Assembly: GCA_013265495.1 (NCBI GenBank)
Contig: MU058781.1
Location: 476,963-540,962 of the forward strand
DNA length: 64,000 bases
Origin: Vicugna vicugna
Lineage: Eukaryota
Reading direction: 5' to 3'
In this document: one piece after another, positions 1-12,500 of the stretch
How positions within the stretch are numbered: position 1 is the first letter of the stretch
Layout of the letters: each line of letters opens with the position of its first letter
Position numbers and translations under genes: made by a program
Notes under the pieces: model-generated
Database searches by the model: none
What the model was told of the DNA's origin: nothing
What the model saw: only the letters and a program-made list of their open reading frames with translations

Positions 1-1164
1 ATTAAGAAATCATAGTTTCCTTTATTTCTATTCATCTATTATGAAATAAAGTGCAGCTCAACTTCTCTTCAACACAGGATTATAATAAGTTTTATTCTTG
101 TGGTGTTTATAATGAAATTTGTGAAGTTCAGAAGAAAGATGTTCCAAACTATCAGGGACAGGAACTAATTTTTTTTTTAATCCCTGGAGGCAAAGTATTT
201 TGAGTTTTCTAATATAAAGAAGAAATCATGACAAGGGCTTCACCAAATGGCTAGATTTTTTAAACATGAATTCAACCTATGGCAACAGGTTAAAGTCAAT
301 TGGGTTAATTATTTAAAAACTGAATTGCTGTGGACAATCACTGAATGAAACAAAACAGCCTTTCACAGTGACAGTTTATAAAGTTTTTAATTTGGGCGAT
401 GTTATTTCCCAAAAGATTTAATTTTGTGAACTAGTCTTCAGCTGCCTTGCGAGCTCTGCGGTACCAAACACGTGTGACCAAAACTCTCCAAAGCAGAAGT
501 GTAGGAACTGTTTTTGTTACTGTAACCCATGAAGACTGGGTCTGAATCTAGAAACAACTGTAGATTTAGAAGTTGTTAGTCTAGTAATGTGCAAAAATAG
601 TATCTGGAAAGCGTTGATGATTCCCAGATAAGCTATAATTACAAGCATAAAATAAAGCTGCAAACAAGAATCCACATTTTTGGAAAATTTAAACCAAGCA
701 TTTAAACCAAGAAATTTCCCTCTGAAAGTATGAACTCTTGCTTTGATCACGAGGCCATTTTAAAATAAATGTTGTCAAATAATTGTCTTGTTTCTCCAGA
801 ATGTTCCATGTAGATAGATTTTTCTTCTTTGACTTAAGATGTCTGGCAGAGCTGAGAATACCCTGTTAACCCTGTTAGCCCTTATATTCTTGGACTTTGG
901 AACAGGTCCACTTCAAAAGAATTTGATATTATCACATTTTACACAGAAAATACATTCAGTAGATAATTGCTGACTCATTGCTTATTCATGTCAATCACAG
1001 ACAGATATAGTGGGCACTGGATTGTCATTGAGAAGGCCAGAGAGGACAATATTTATTGAGCATAATTCCATGCAGTCAACACTGAGCAAGAGTTTTCTTT
1101 TTTTTTTTTTTTTACAAATACTCTTTTTTTTTCATTTAATCAAAAAAGATTTACGTTCTAAGTG

Positions 1165-1285
1165 GTCTGTGTCACTAAAAATCTGTGTGATTGTATATAT
1201 AACATCACTTCCTTTGAATCTTTGATTCTCATCTAAAAAATCAGGAGACTTTTAGATCATCTTTTTAAGGCCTCAAATTTCCACA
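1165..1285 (+). mobile_element. MIR/MIR3 SINE fragment
   Basis: Degenerate MIR core (ctgtgtgattg...tcacttcctttgaatctttgattctcatctaaaaaat) followed by MIR3-like tail (tagatcatctttttaaggcc). Confidence 0.55.
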
Positions 1286-1749
1286 GCAAACATTTCTCCC
1301 AGCTCTGTAACTGTTCTTTCATGGCCATAAAGAAGTCTATGAGTTTTCATATTTGTGTGTTTTGGGTCCTGACTTAACGATCATCAATGCTAGCATTTTC
1401 CGTCGTAAACACCCATCTATGTAAGTTCTGGGAAACACCGCTCCCTATCTAAGCGAGGACTGAAGCCACGGGAGTCACCTAACACCAACACCAGTGGCTT
1501 CCCCTCCCTCCAGGTCCTTCCCTATGATCCTAGTCAGCAATGATTGGTGGCGGCATTTAATGAGATGTTGTTTACCTCAGACACATTGAATTATCATGAA
1601 AGAAACGTGTGCCTTGGATTCTTTGGAAGCTGGGATAAAATTATATTTATTTCAAAGGCATTACTGTCATATTTGTCAGAATAATCAGTGCTGTTTTACT
1701 GAGTCCTGTCATTCAGATGAAAGATCTCTTTGAAGGTCACAGGGGGAGG

Positions 1750-1960
1750 GGGTGTAGTGAATAGGAGAAAGGGGTTCATAAGTAGACTATTCTCTGTGAC
1801 TGTGAGCAAAGGTGCTGATGCCTCATTTTTCTGAACTGCAAAATGAGATAACGGTAGTATTTCCTTGGCATATTGAAAACATTAAATGAAATTCTATGTG
1901 TAAGATTCTTAGAGTACTGGTTAAAAGTAGCCAAATTGTGAGCAGCATACGCTCAGGTTT
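1750..1960 (+). mobile_element. MIR SINE
   Basis: ctgtgactgtgagcaa...gcctcatttttctgaactgcaaaatgagataacggtagta...attaaatgaaattctatgtgtaag resembles the MIR core and 3' region. Confidence 0.75.
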
Positions 1961-2100
1961 CTTGTTATGATTTAACTATTTGCTTTATTAATAAAAATAT
2001 TATTCTTACATGTATACTTTCTATACACTACTTTCAGATGGTGTAAAAATAAAAGTGCTTTCCAATGAAAATAGGGGCTACAAGTCAGAACGAACACTTG

Positions 2101-2110
2101 GGAAAGTCCC
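2101..2110 (-). promoter_or_regulatory. NF-kB consensus site (GGGACTTTCC on minus strand)
   Basis: GGAAAGTCCC is the exact reverse complement of the canonical Ig-kappa kB site; motif match only, function untested. Confidence 0.35.
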
Positions 2111-2491
2111 TCACGGCACACGCGATCCTGTGGAAACACTCATTCGTATGATGTGATGTAGCTTCTCTGGTCAAGGTTTATGCCAGATTCATATTTCCAT
2201 TTGACCAGTCCTCAGAAACAGGATTGGGTGACAGTCCTCTAGCGTCAGCCTGCGGGGGTCGTCTTTAACAAAGGTCCGCGGTACGTTGTCTCTGATGCGA
2301 ATTCTGGGTGACCTGACGCTTTGCGGTATCACAAAGCTGCACTCCTCTCACTGGAGTCCACCCGAGAGTGCTTTCCGGAAGCAACTCCACGTTGTGCGTT
2401 AAATAAAATGTGCAACCTAATGTCACAGGATGCAAAATAAAAGGCGTCTCAGAAACCAGGCCTGGGATCCACAGGAGAGACGTGTGGGTTC

Positions 2492-2499
2492 TGACGTCA
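2492..2499. promoter_or_regulatory. Full palindromic CRE (TGACGTCA)
   Basis: Exact 8-bp CREB/ATF palindrome with its CpG retained, in a repeat-free, CpG-containing segment; function untested. Confidence 0.35.
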
Positions 2500-4254
2500 C
2501 AATGCTGTCTTGTTGTCCAGGGCCTGGGCTGTATCACATGAAGGAACTGCCGAGCATCACTCGGCGTGATCCAGGAAGCAGCAAAGAAAGACACAGTCTG
2601 CTCTTCTGGCCAACAGAGCTTTTAATAGGCTAGCCTTTCATTAAGTGAATTCCTAAATGTTGACCAAATTCTTTTAGACAGAGGCAGCTAATGGCTTAGG
2701 GTGCATGTGATGCACTTGCTGTTGCATAGACGCTGATTAAAAAAAAAAAAAAAGTCCTTCAGGCTGCTTTCCCAGAGTGCTCACATGCTGGGGGTGGGGG
2801 CTGGGCAGAAACTTCTCTTCAGTGGTTCCTTTCATGTCCCAAGAAGGATGGTCATGTGTTTTAGTTTAGCTGATACATTCCAATAAAATGATTTTCAAAG
2901 AGACAGGACAAATAATAGGCGTTTTACATATGGTGGCTGTGCATGTCACATGGAGCTAATTTTCTCATACACAATATATTTGTTATTCCACAAGCTGGTT
3001 ATAATTCATTTAAGGTCCCTTTTATTTAATTTTACCTAATAAACTAATGAAATGGCCCAGTGAAGTCTTTATGGTCAATATAATTTGGGTGCATGACTTA
3101 GCCTACACTTCCTCTAGGGTATTAAAGATATATCTTTGCCGTCTGAGGTTTTTTTCCCCTCACAAAGCTCAAGGAAAAAAAAAAGCATCTCAAGTCTGGA
3201 TAGCATTATTATATTTTTTAAAAATAATTCTTGATGTCACAATTTTAAAAGAAAAAAATCAGCTTAATTTTTCTGGTGAACAAGCATAATTATTAGCAAA
3301 TGTTTTTCTCTGTTTCTCATGGTGCCAATGCAGTTATCAGCTGCCATTTGTCTACTTGAAAATACTTATAGGACATGCATTAGAAAGCAGAAGTCACTTG
3401 CAAGGAAAATTAACTGGGAGCTTAAAGAATGACACGTCCCACGTTGACAGGGAAGTCATGACGCACCGACTGTCTGTGATGTAGAAATCGTCTTCATGCA
3501 AAAGAGCTAAATAACTTTTCTTGCTTTGCTGTCTGTTTTCCAGTTGCTAATCAAACAAGATCTCTAGGTGGATTTCTGGGCCATTCTCACCAGATCCGTA
3601 ACACTGTACCTTATGGTGTGGTGTCATTTCCACCTCCTAGGCCCTCCTAAGAGGTAGCTCGGCAAACCTCCCTGTGAATGATGTGCCCAAATGTCAGATG
3701 AAGAGTCCAGTCATCTTTCCTGTCTCAGGGAAATATATTTGAGAGACAACGTGATGCAATTATTAACTAAGCTAGGACAACTCGAAGATGTGCTAACGGA
3801 CAGAGAGGGCTGGGCGTCACAGAATATGCAGCCCCGCGAGGCAGGGTCAAAGCATGCATGGCTACCGGGAGGCCGGGAGCAGCGCAGGCCGCGGCCCTCT
3901 CCTCTCTGGGGGCTTCAGGCTCGCGTCCTCAGGCAAGCAGGTGAGCAGCCAGGCCTCCCGAAACACTGACGCGTCAGCAACCTAGTGTAATTGCTAAGTT
4001 CGGGGGAGAGAATTTCTTAGAGAATTTCTTAGATATTCAATGACAACGTTGCCTATATACCTGCAGAGTATTATTGCTAAGTACTAGTCGAGCGTTTTTA
4101 TCATCTACCGGTTTTGAGAGAAACGTGTAAGTAGTAAGCCCAATAAACCGTACAAAAGCTACTGATCTGGAGAGAGCTCAGACGAAAACAGAAATGAATA
4201 AATGACTAATTTCTTTCAGCCCTGCCCTGCATGCTACAGATCTTCCCCTCCACG

Positions 4255-4274
4255 CGCTCGCTCGCTCTCGCTCT

Positions 4275-4307
<33 letters not shown>
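4255..4307. repeat. Compound (GCTC)n/(CT)n microsatellite
   Basis: Directly visible; pure CT run at 4279-4307. Confidence 0.95.
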
Positions 4308-4310
<3 letters not shown>

Positions 4311-4341
4311 CTGAAGGTCAGTAGGACTTCTTAGGTAAACA

Positions 4342-4844
4342 TGTAATAGGGAAGAAGAGTCCTGACTCCATACGAGATCTGCTCCTTCAGCCCTAACCCT
4401 GCGCTGTTTCCTGGGCTTAGTCCTGCTGGTTCTAAACCTTTTGTAAAACAAAATGTTGCCTAGAGCCTGCAATATACAGGGCAGCCCACTGTCAAGGCTC
4501 TGACCTTCAAGGGCATAACACTTTCACATTCACGTAGAGATAAGAAGAAAATAACATTTGTCCTGGCTATAGTTTACAGGGACTCCGCGACCTGACCTAC
4601 ATGGACAGCTGCAAGAACAAAGGATTCTGACACCAAAAGTTTGCAACAACCAACCACACCCCCTTCTTTTTTTCGTATAAAAGGAGCCTGACTTCTGACT
4701 TGGGGAAGATGGTTCTCCAGGACATTAGTCTGCCATCTTCTCGGTCTGCTGGCTTTCCAAATAAAGTCATTGTTCCTTGGCCCAGCATCTCATCAGCTAC
4801 TGGGCTGTCAGGCGGCAAGCAGAACAAGTTTGGACTCGGTAACA
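4342..4844 (+). mobile_element. ERV1 solo LTR, MER41-like (laurasiatherian)
   Basis: Starts TGTAATAGGGAAGAAGAGTCCTGACTCCAT and ends TGGACTCGGTAACA (TG...CA termini). TATAAAA at 4676-4682, AATAAA at 4760-4765. Flanks aaca/aaga are a 4-bp TSD with one mismatch. Confidence 0.85.
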
Positions 4845-4874
4845 AAGACAATGAAATTTTAAGAGCCTAGTACT

Positions 4875-5022
4875 CTGTTCAAGAGACAGATCCTAGAATG
4901 GCTCTGCTGCCAGCCAGCTCTGTGACTTTAGCCAGGTCATATCTGAGGTCGTCTCCTCACCTGCAAGATAGAGTTCGGGCCAAATGACGTCTAATGTCCC
5001 TTTGTGCTCTGAATTTCTACAG
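4875..5022 (+). mobile_element. MIR3-like SINE
   Basis: ggctctgctgcc...ctgtgactttagccaggtca...ctcacctgcaagatagag...atgacgtctaatgtccctt...tctgaatttcta. Confidence 0.65.
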
Positions 5023-5749
5023 TTCTTCTCTTACGTTATCATAAGGTGGCGAATCATAACAAATCATCGTTTCTTTCAGTTTCACATCTATTCTGCAGAA
5101 GTCAATGGAGAAGAGTGGATTAGGGAGGTTTATTACACTAGCAGTCAAAGCAGGGTTCACCTCTTCCGCCAGATGAACAGAGCCCTAGACAGATATCACC
5201 GTTAGGTCACCAGGCACATCCATGTTGAAACAGACTGATGGTCGTATGACGCTTGCCAAAAACCTTTATTGAATGACGCAATCACTTTTATTGATATTAT
5301 TCATTGAAACACTTGCTTCTTATCTTACATTATTGACAGCGATGAATATGAGATGTTATGAGTTAATTTAATTTTATTTTGAAAGCTCTGCCATTTTGTC
5401 CAATATCTTTCCCAGCTGTCATTCTTTAGCAAGAGCCATTTAATTCATGCATTCATTGCTATTCGAAGACTAAAGCTATCTCAATAATGGATTTAAAATA
5501 CTGGTCCTGTCCGTCACGAGCAAAAATCATAGAATACACAAAGCATTCAAATTGGTGTTTCCAGCTCAATTTGGGCAGATCTTTTTCTGTGTAATTCTAA
5601 TAACACAAGCAATAAAATCCTGTTTTTAACAGACATAAGGGAGGGATTTTTCTGATGAAATGGTCATTATTAGGCATTATCAGGCAACTGAAATCTAGGT
5701 AAATATCTTTAAAATACCACATACCACACATACCACAACAGAATCAGTT

Positions 5750-5935
5750 GATGTCTTTAGAGGAGTCAGAAGACCTACACTCTAGGATTGGATCTTTCAT
5801 TAACTGCCATGTCACCTGGAATGAATCATTTAAAATCTTAGTTTATTGAACAGCAGTGAACATCAAATGGGAGAATTTACACAAAATTACTTTGAAAGTT
5901 ATAACCCACTGTGTAAATGAAAGGTACTGTATTGT
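5750..5935 (+). mobile_element. MIR SINE
   Basis: ggagtcagaagacct...taactgccatgtcacctggaatgaatcatttaa...ctttgaaagttataacccactgtgtaaatg. Confidence 0.65.
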
Positions 5936-7429
5936 GATATAAATCAATATTCATAATGATGATACAATTATGCTGAAATGGATACTTATTAATTAGGAAA
6001 AAATTTGTTCCCAAGAGTATTTTATTCATCCTATCTTTATCCAGTTAGATCACTAAAAAGAGAAATATAGTCGTTTTTACACCATGTTACCTTTGCAAGA
6101 CTGTACTCATAATACCTTTTTGAAACTATTGTTGGAATTACGAGTGGACCCAGACAAACCTGTTTAGATTTGGTCAAACCTACCATCAGTGAGGGGAAGT
6201 AACTCAAGGGAATAGCCTCCTAAGGGTGGACTCATAGCAAAGTCTTTCTGGCAAAGGATGGTTAATGCACTTACTCTGGTCCAAGTGGAGTCAATTTATT
6301 CTTTTTGATGCAACAACCTGTTACCTCGTGTAGGCATCTGGCATAATCAGTTTTTCACAATAAATTGATACATGTCTGACACATGTTTCTTGTGTTATGC
6401 TGTCTTTTATACACTACAACAATTGGTTTTTGGGTTTTTTTGCTTTTGTTTTTCTTTAATCTCTGGGGAGACAGTTCTTTGAGAAAACAATTCTGGTACA
6501 AAACAAGTTTTATTTTCTGGCAAAACTGGGGGGAAAAATCTAGGTTTGGTAGTGTTGCAAAATTGTGAAAGATCTTGCGGTTAAACTTTGAAGTTTAATG
6601 TAAGACTTTAGAAAGAAGTGAAACAGTTTTCATGGCTGAAAAATATAATTTTCTGTATGAGTAAAACTGATGTTCTATTGTGAAGACTTGTTTTATGGGG
6701 GAGGAAAAAGAAATGTTTGGGTCAATTTTATTAAAAGACATGTCCACTGGTGAAGACACAAAAAATAATATGTCACAGCTGTGAGAAGATACTCGTATTT
6801 CTTGATCAGGAGAATTGGGGCAGGATTGTTAAAATTTCCCCATATTATGTGGAGAATAAGGCAGAGAAATGCTACTCTGTTCTGTCACTAACTAGTGAGC
6901 CACATTTTCAATGTGCCACGCTACCTCTGTGGAACAAATTAGTCACCTCTTGGAAGCTACATGAATTCTTCTAGTCCAACTAGTGTGTGAAGTTGTTAAG
7001 TTTCTTTAAAATTGTCTTCCCAGTGCTCTATACACAATTAACATTCAAGAAGTGCTTTACTAGGCTAACGAAGGTGCACATAATGGCATGCCATGGCTTC
7101 GACAAGGTCAAATTTGGCCTGAACACCTCGTCCTTATAGGAAGGGGCTCAGCTCTGAGTCCGAAAACGTGGACTGGGTTCTGCTTCTCTATGCTGATTCA
7201 CTTAATAGTCAGTGAACAAGAGCCCAGAGGTGGAACTGGGGTCCTTCACTGTTTTTACCTTACAGACCTCTGAGATGTCTAATGGCTACAACATGACAGG
7301 ACTGTCGTGGGCAACCGTGAGGTACTACAAACATCTTTAAACTTAGAAATCTAGAAGCCATCCCAAGAACGAATGTGTCCAGTTCTATTCAAGAGTGTGG
7401 CCTTTTGTTATTCAGACGACTCAGCGAGG

Positions 7430-7590
7430 CTGTGAGTAACATGGTGTGGCATTAGGTCATTTTCCCTTTACCATCTGTATTTCCTTGAAAAATTGCTTAA
7501 CTCTTCTTAGCCTCAAAGTCATCTATAATGTTCTATAAGGATTAAACGAAATGTGTCTAAATAATATTGAAAATCTAGCTGTTATGATTA
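7430..7590 (+). mobile_element. MIR SINE fragment
   Basis: tttaccatctgtatttccttgaaaaattgcttaactcttcttagcctca...taaggattaaacgaaatg. Confidence 0.55.
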
Positions 7591-8504
7591 TAAAAATTTT
7601 GGAACACTTGTAAGAATGAACAACAATGCCATAGTACTCCCCTAAACTTATAAATGTCAACCTAAATTGTGGGAACTATGAGGAAAGTTTAGAGAGATAT
7701 TTAACTTTAACTGGCTGGAACTTTCCTAAAATACTTTGACTATGAGAGACAATGTATTCTTAATCTAGTTTGATAAAAAATATGATAAAAACAAATACTA
7801 CAAAATGACAATAATGTGTACTTATTGCAATTTAATTCAGATTAATAACTCTTAAGTATTAGGATTTTGTTATCTTTTTTTATTTTCCCAAAATTCTTTA
7901 TGGCATTCTAGGTAGTATTTTGGGCAATCATGGGTAATTGTAGAAATCAGAACTAAATCAACCAGACCCCAAGTTTCCTTTACAGACTGGCATGACCCAG
8001 ATTAGCTACAGAAATAAAACAGATTGATAAAAATTGTAACCTTTTCTCCACTTTGTCAAAAGCAATCACAGCCTCCCAAAAGTTTTTCTGCTTTCCTTAC
8101 AGAATATCTATATACACAGATGCAGTTTATCGAAACAGTTACTCTTTCTGCCAAAACAGTATAAGCCTTACTTATGTTAACTGAGTGGAGTACATACATG
8201 GTAGGTAAATTGGCCTCTCAGAATTAAGCGACAATCCTCTTAAAGTATTTTGTTACTCACACATAGCCTGCTTCTAGAGAACATTGTACAAGCTGTAATT
8301 TCCTCTTTCATAGTGTACATGTGAATAAAGCAATCTATTTTAAATAGGTATCTTTTACAAGAGAAAAGCGAAGTAAAATGATATTCAAGTTGGAAATTTT
8401 GTCTACATTTTGATTACTTTTGTTTTTATACCTCTCCTATGGGGCAGGAAGCTCGGTTGACCAGAAGGTCAATATGTTCAGTTCCATCCCACCTTGATGA
8501 CTGC

Positions 8505-9521
8505 TTTTTTTGAAAGACATTATTTTTTTAGAGTAGTTGTAGGTTCACAGAACAAAGAAAGGGGGCCAGAGATTTCGCATATACCCTGCGCCTGCGCACA
8601 CGCTCGGCCTCCCCTACTGTCAACATCCCCCACGAGAGCGGTACTCTTGTTACAACTGACGAACCTACACTGAATGGTCGTTATCACCCAGAGTCTGTAG
8701 CTAACCTTAGGGTTCACTCTTGAAGTTGTAAGTTCTATGAGTTTGGACAAATGTGTCTAATGATGTGTATCCATCATTCTAGTAACATACAGAGTATTTT
8801 CACTGCCCTAACAATTCATCCCTCCTCCTGCCCCAGAAGCCATATTTGCTACTGAGCTTTTTACTCTCTCCGTGGTTTTTTGTTTTCTAGAACGTCATAT
8901 AGTTGGAATCAGACAGTATATATATATATATATATATATATAGCCTTTTCAGATTGACTTCTTTCACTTAGTACAATGCATTTAAGTTTCCTCCATATCT
9001 TTTCATGGCTTGATAGCTCATTTCTTTTTAGTGCTGATAAATTAGTTTGTACCACAGTTTACTTATTCAATCACCTATTGAAGGACTTATGGCTGCTTCC
9101 AAGTTTTGTCCATCATGAATAAAGCTGCTATTAAGATTGCATGCAGATTTTGTGTGGATGCATTTCCCGCTCCTCTGAATAAATACCAAGGAGTGTGATT
9201 GCTGGATTGTACGGTAAAAGTACGTTTAGTTTTGTAAGAAACCACCAAACTGTCTTCTAAAGTGGCTGTGCCATTTTGCATTCCCTCCAGCCAAGAATGA
9301 CAGTTCCTGCTGCTCCATGTCCTCACCAGGATTTGATATTATAAGTGTCCTGGATTTTGGCCACGCTGATAGGTGTGTGCTGTTACCTCATTGTTGTTTT
9401 AATTAGTGTTTCCTTGATGACATATGATGTGGAACCTCTTTTCATATAAGCATAGGGCATCTGTTCAGGTCACTGGCCCATTTTTCAATCAGGTTGTTTG
9501 TTTTCATAATGTTGAGTTTTG
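8505..9521 (-). mobile_element. L1 3' fragment (L1MC1-like), 5'-truncated
   Basis: Antisense 3'UTR (tattttttagagtagttgtaggttcacag...gaacctacactg...ggttcactcttg) continuing into the ORF2 C-terminus; the track ORF 9087-9326 (TATLEDSL...KTWKQP) is an L1 ORF2 remnant. TSD-like flanks at 8496-8509 and 9522-9535. Confidence 0.92.
8917..8942. repeat. (TA)13 microsatellite inside L1
   Basis: Directly visible. Confidence 0.95.
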
Positions 9522-12500
9522 AAGGACAGCTTTTTAAAATCATCCTCGCCATGTTTGCATTGCATTTAGAGGATTAAAGAAAAATCTTTACCAACACACA
9601 TTTTTGGAAAATTCAAAGCACTAGGAATATGCCTGTCTGTTTGTTGTCTAATTGTGGATTGACATTTTCTGCCTAATTTTGATGCATAGACGCAGTGCAC
9701 CAAGGAAAGGACATTAATGGGAAAGGGAGATGGGGGAAAACCTTGTGTCTGAATTTAGCCAATCTTTCACAGAAAGTCTCATAATTTCTGGATTCACTAT
9801 GGAACCTCACAGTGTCTAAAGGGCCCCCTATAGAAAGAGGGGAATCTTGCCAAGATGATACAAGGCTATAAAGAAACGTGCCAATCCTTTTGTGCCAAGA
9901 TACCTGAGGCGAGCTCACCTCCTACTGGATTCAGTGCAGAGCCCTGACAGGTTTCAGGCTGCACCAACACCACCACAGTTACTTTCTAGGTTACAATTTC
10001 ACAGAATAGGGAAAAGAGCCATCAGGCACATGTGAGTTACCATCACAGTAAACCTGCTTGACAGCAGTGTATTGTCAGGTAGATTTTTGTTCCTAAAGGG
10101 GCATCAAGTATCTTGCGTGTCCCTGGCTCCAAGGCAGGATCCACCCCAAATAAATGGAAAAGGAGATTCACTTACATGGTGACCTCTCACTTAATGCCAT
10201 CTCTCCTGGCTCTTCATTCCCTCAGAACATTTTCCCCCTTAGATACTTAATGAATTCAGTACCCCTGACAAGTCCAATTGTTTGGACATCCTGGAAAGGA
10301 TGCCACATTCACATTCTGGGTTTGTAATTTCCAACTGCCAGTAAATTCAAGCCTCAGAGCTAGCATCGCAGAAAGGAATTTGGGAGGCCTGTGAAGTCAG
10401 CCCGATCCTTCTCTAGGCGTAAAGTTAGTGCAGTGGTCATCCCAGAGCCCCCAGTCCCCTCCTGACCCGGGGCGCTCAGCCCGTCGCTGGCCTCATTGGC
10501 CTGTTCTGCATTAGACGTGAAGCTCTCCAAACATCCGTGAGGTGCCCTCTCTGGAGGACAGTGAAATACCAGCACTGCCCGGCCCCGTCTGACCTTGGCT
10601 GAGGACTCTAGTTCCTAAGGAGCTACTTACAATCCCTTCGAGTCTCAACATGTCCGTGAACACAGCACATTTAGGAAAAAAGGTAACATAGATTTATACA
10701 TTAGTGACTTCGAAATAAAATTTGAGTAACATATACAATGAAAATAAACTTAAAAATTCAATTTCTTTGTAAATGTTCATGAAGCCCAGACATTTTCAGA
10801 AAATCATTTTCAGGGAGAAGGAACTGTTTTCGATTTTATCTTTAATTTCTTTTTAATTTATCCAAGCAATATGTACCTATTTGGAAAAAAAAAAAAAAAA
10901 GGTCCTGCTAACAGCTTCTGTGTCTAGTTCTCTTCCAGAGGTAACTGCTGTGTCAGTCTGGCATCTATCCGTCCAGTCTGTTAGCATATGTATCACAAGG
11001 AAGATCAGACCATTTTCCCTGTTTCTTCTTTCAACCTAAGATCTGCACAGAACGTTCAACACGACACCTTAACTAGGCACCCAGTATTTTCAAACAGAAA
11101 ACTGGTCATCTAGAAGTAAAGTGAGCTCTGAGTCTTTCAAATCGCATACCTAAAGAGAGAAGAGATGTGAAAGCAAAGGACAGTCAAGGCCAGTTATTCA
11201 GTTGGAGCAATTTACATTTTTAATAACTTCGAGAGGTTAGGCAGTGTCATATTTTAACTGAATATCTAGCAACCCCTCAGTGTCTGTTTCCTTCTCTATT
11301 TGCATAAGCAATTGACAGCTCATTAAGAGCTCATTAGGAAACAGCAAAGATCCTGTGATCAGGGGAAAGAGGCAAGAAAAAAAAAAGCAGTGCTGAGAAG
11401 GAAGTCTTCATTTGTGAATGTCCTCAATATTTCAAAAGAACTTGAGATACATCTATGCTATCTAATGGTGGAGGCAAGTAAGCTACACACATATATGTAC
11501 TTACAAAACACAAAAGGAAAATAATATTACCGTTTGTTACATCTTAGCCTATTTGCTTTAATAAGAAAAGATAATAAAGATGATAGAATTCATAACTCTA
11601 ATTTTATCAGGAAAAAGCTAAAGAAATTCCACATTCCCGAACTGAGTTTTTCTTTCTTTTCGTTTCCCCAAATTTTCTCTTTCTATCTATCATCTGTCGA
11701 TCATCTATCTATCTTAAATTCTAGCTGGCTTTCTCTTAGAGAAATCAAATAATTTTATTGTTTAAGAACAGCCTATACTTGAAAAAAAAATTGACTATGC
11801 TTCTTCCTGGTAAAATATATTCAGAATATAAATTTGTTCTTTTTTCCTAGCTGATACCCACTGGACCCTGACAAAGTAGACAAAAATCGGATCTCCCCCG
11901 AATAAATGTTTGCCTGATACTTCTAAATCTTTAGACACTCAAAAACCTATTGCAAAATGAAAAGCCAATGCACACGGGTGTGCTGACTATTCTTCAGCCT
12001 TTTGTAATGCAGTTTGTAAAACGCATGACTGCAAAGCACTTTTAAACACTCAGGAATCAATACAAAGGAAGCAGTGGGAACACATTTAGTCCTGTTTTAC
12101 GCCATTTCAGGGCTGCCAAGTTTCGCTTGACCAGATGTTGCAGAGCTTCAAAGTCAGATCTGTTCATCTCCTGGCTGTCAGCTAAAGGGTGTTGCCCTTA
12201 TAAGCATTAAGACTTTCTGCCTACTATTATTTCTTTTTGCATATTCATATCTTATGAGATAGTTCCATGAGAGAGGCAGAGAAGGAGCTAAGCATTTCTA
12301 TGTGGCCCATCCTCTTCCCATCTATGCTGCTTGATTGCCTTTTGGAAGGAAAAAACGTGAACGCCGTGGTCCATATTTAAGGCCATTTGGATGTTTGTCA
12401 CTGGGTTATGTTTGAATGCCCAATTTGATCTCAATGGCACGTCCTTTGTAACATAAAATAAAACATGGTGCTCAAGAAAAGGAACGCCATATACACGCAG

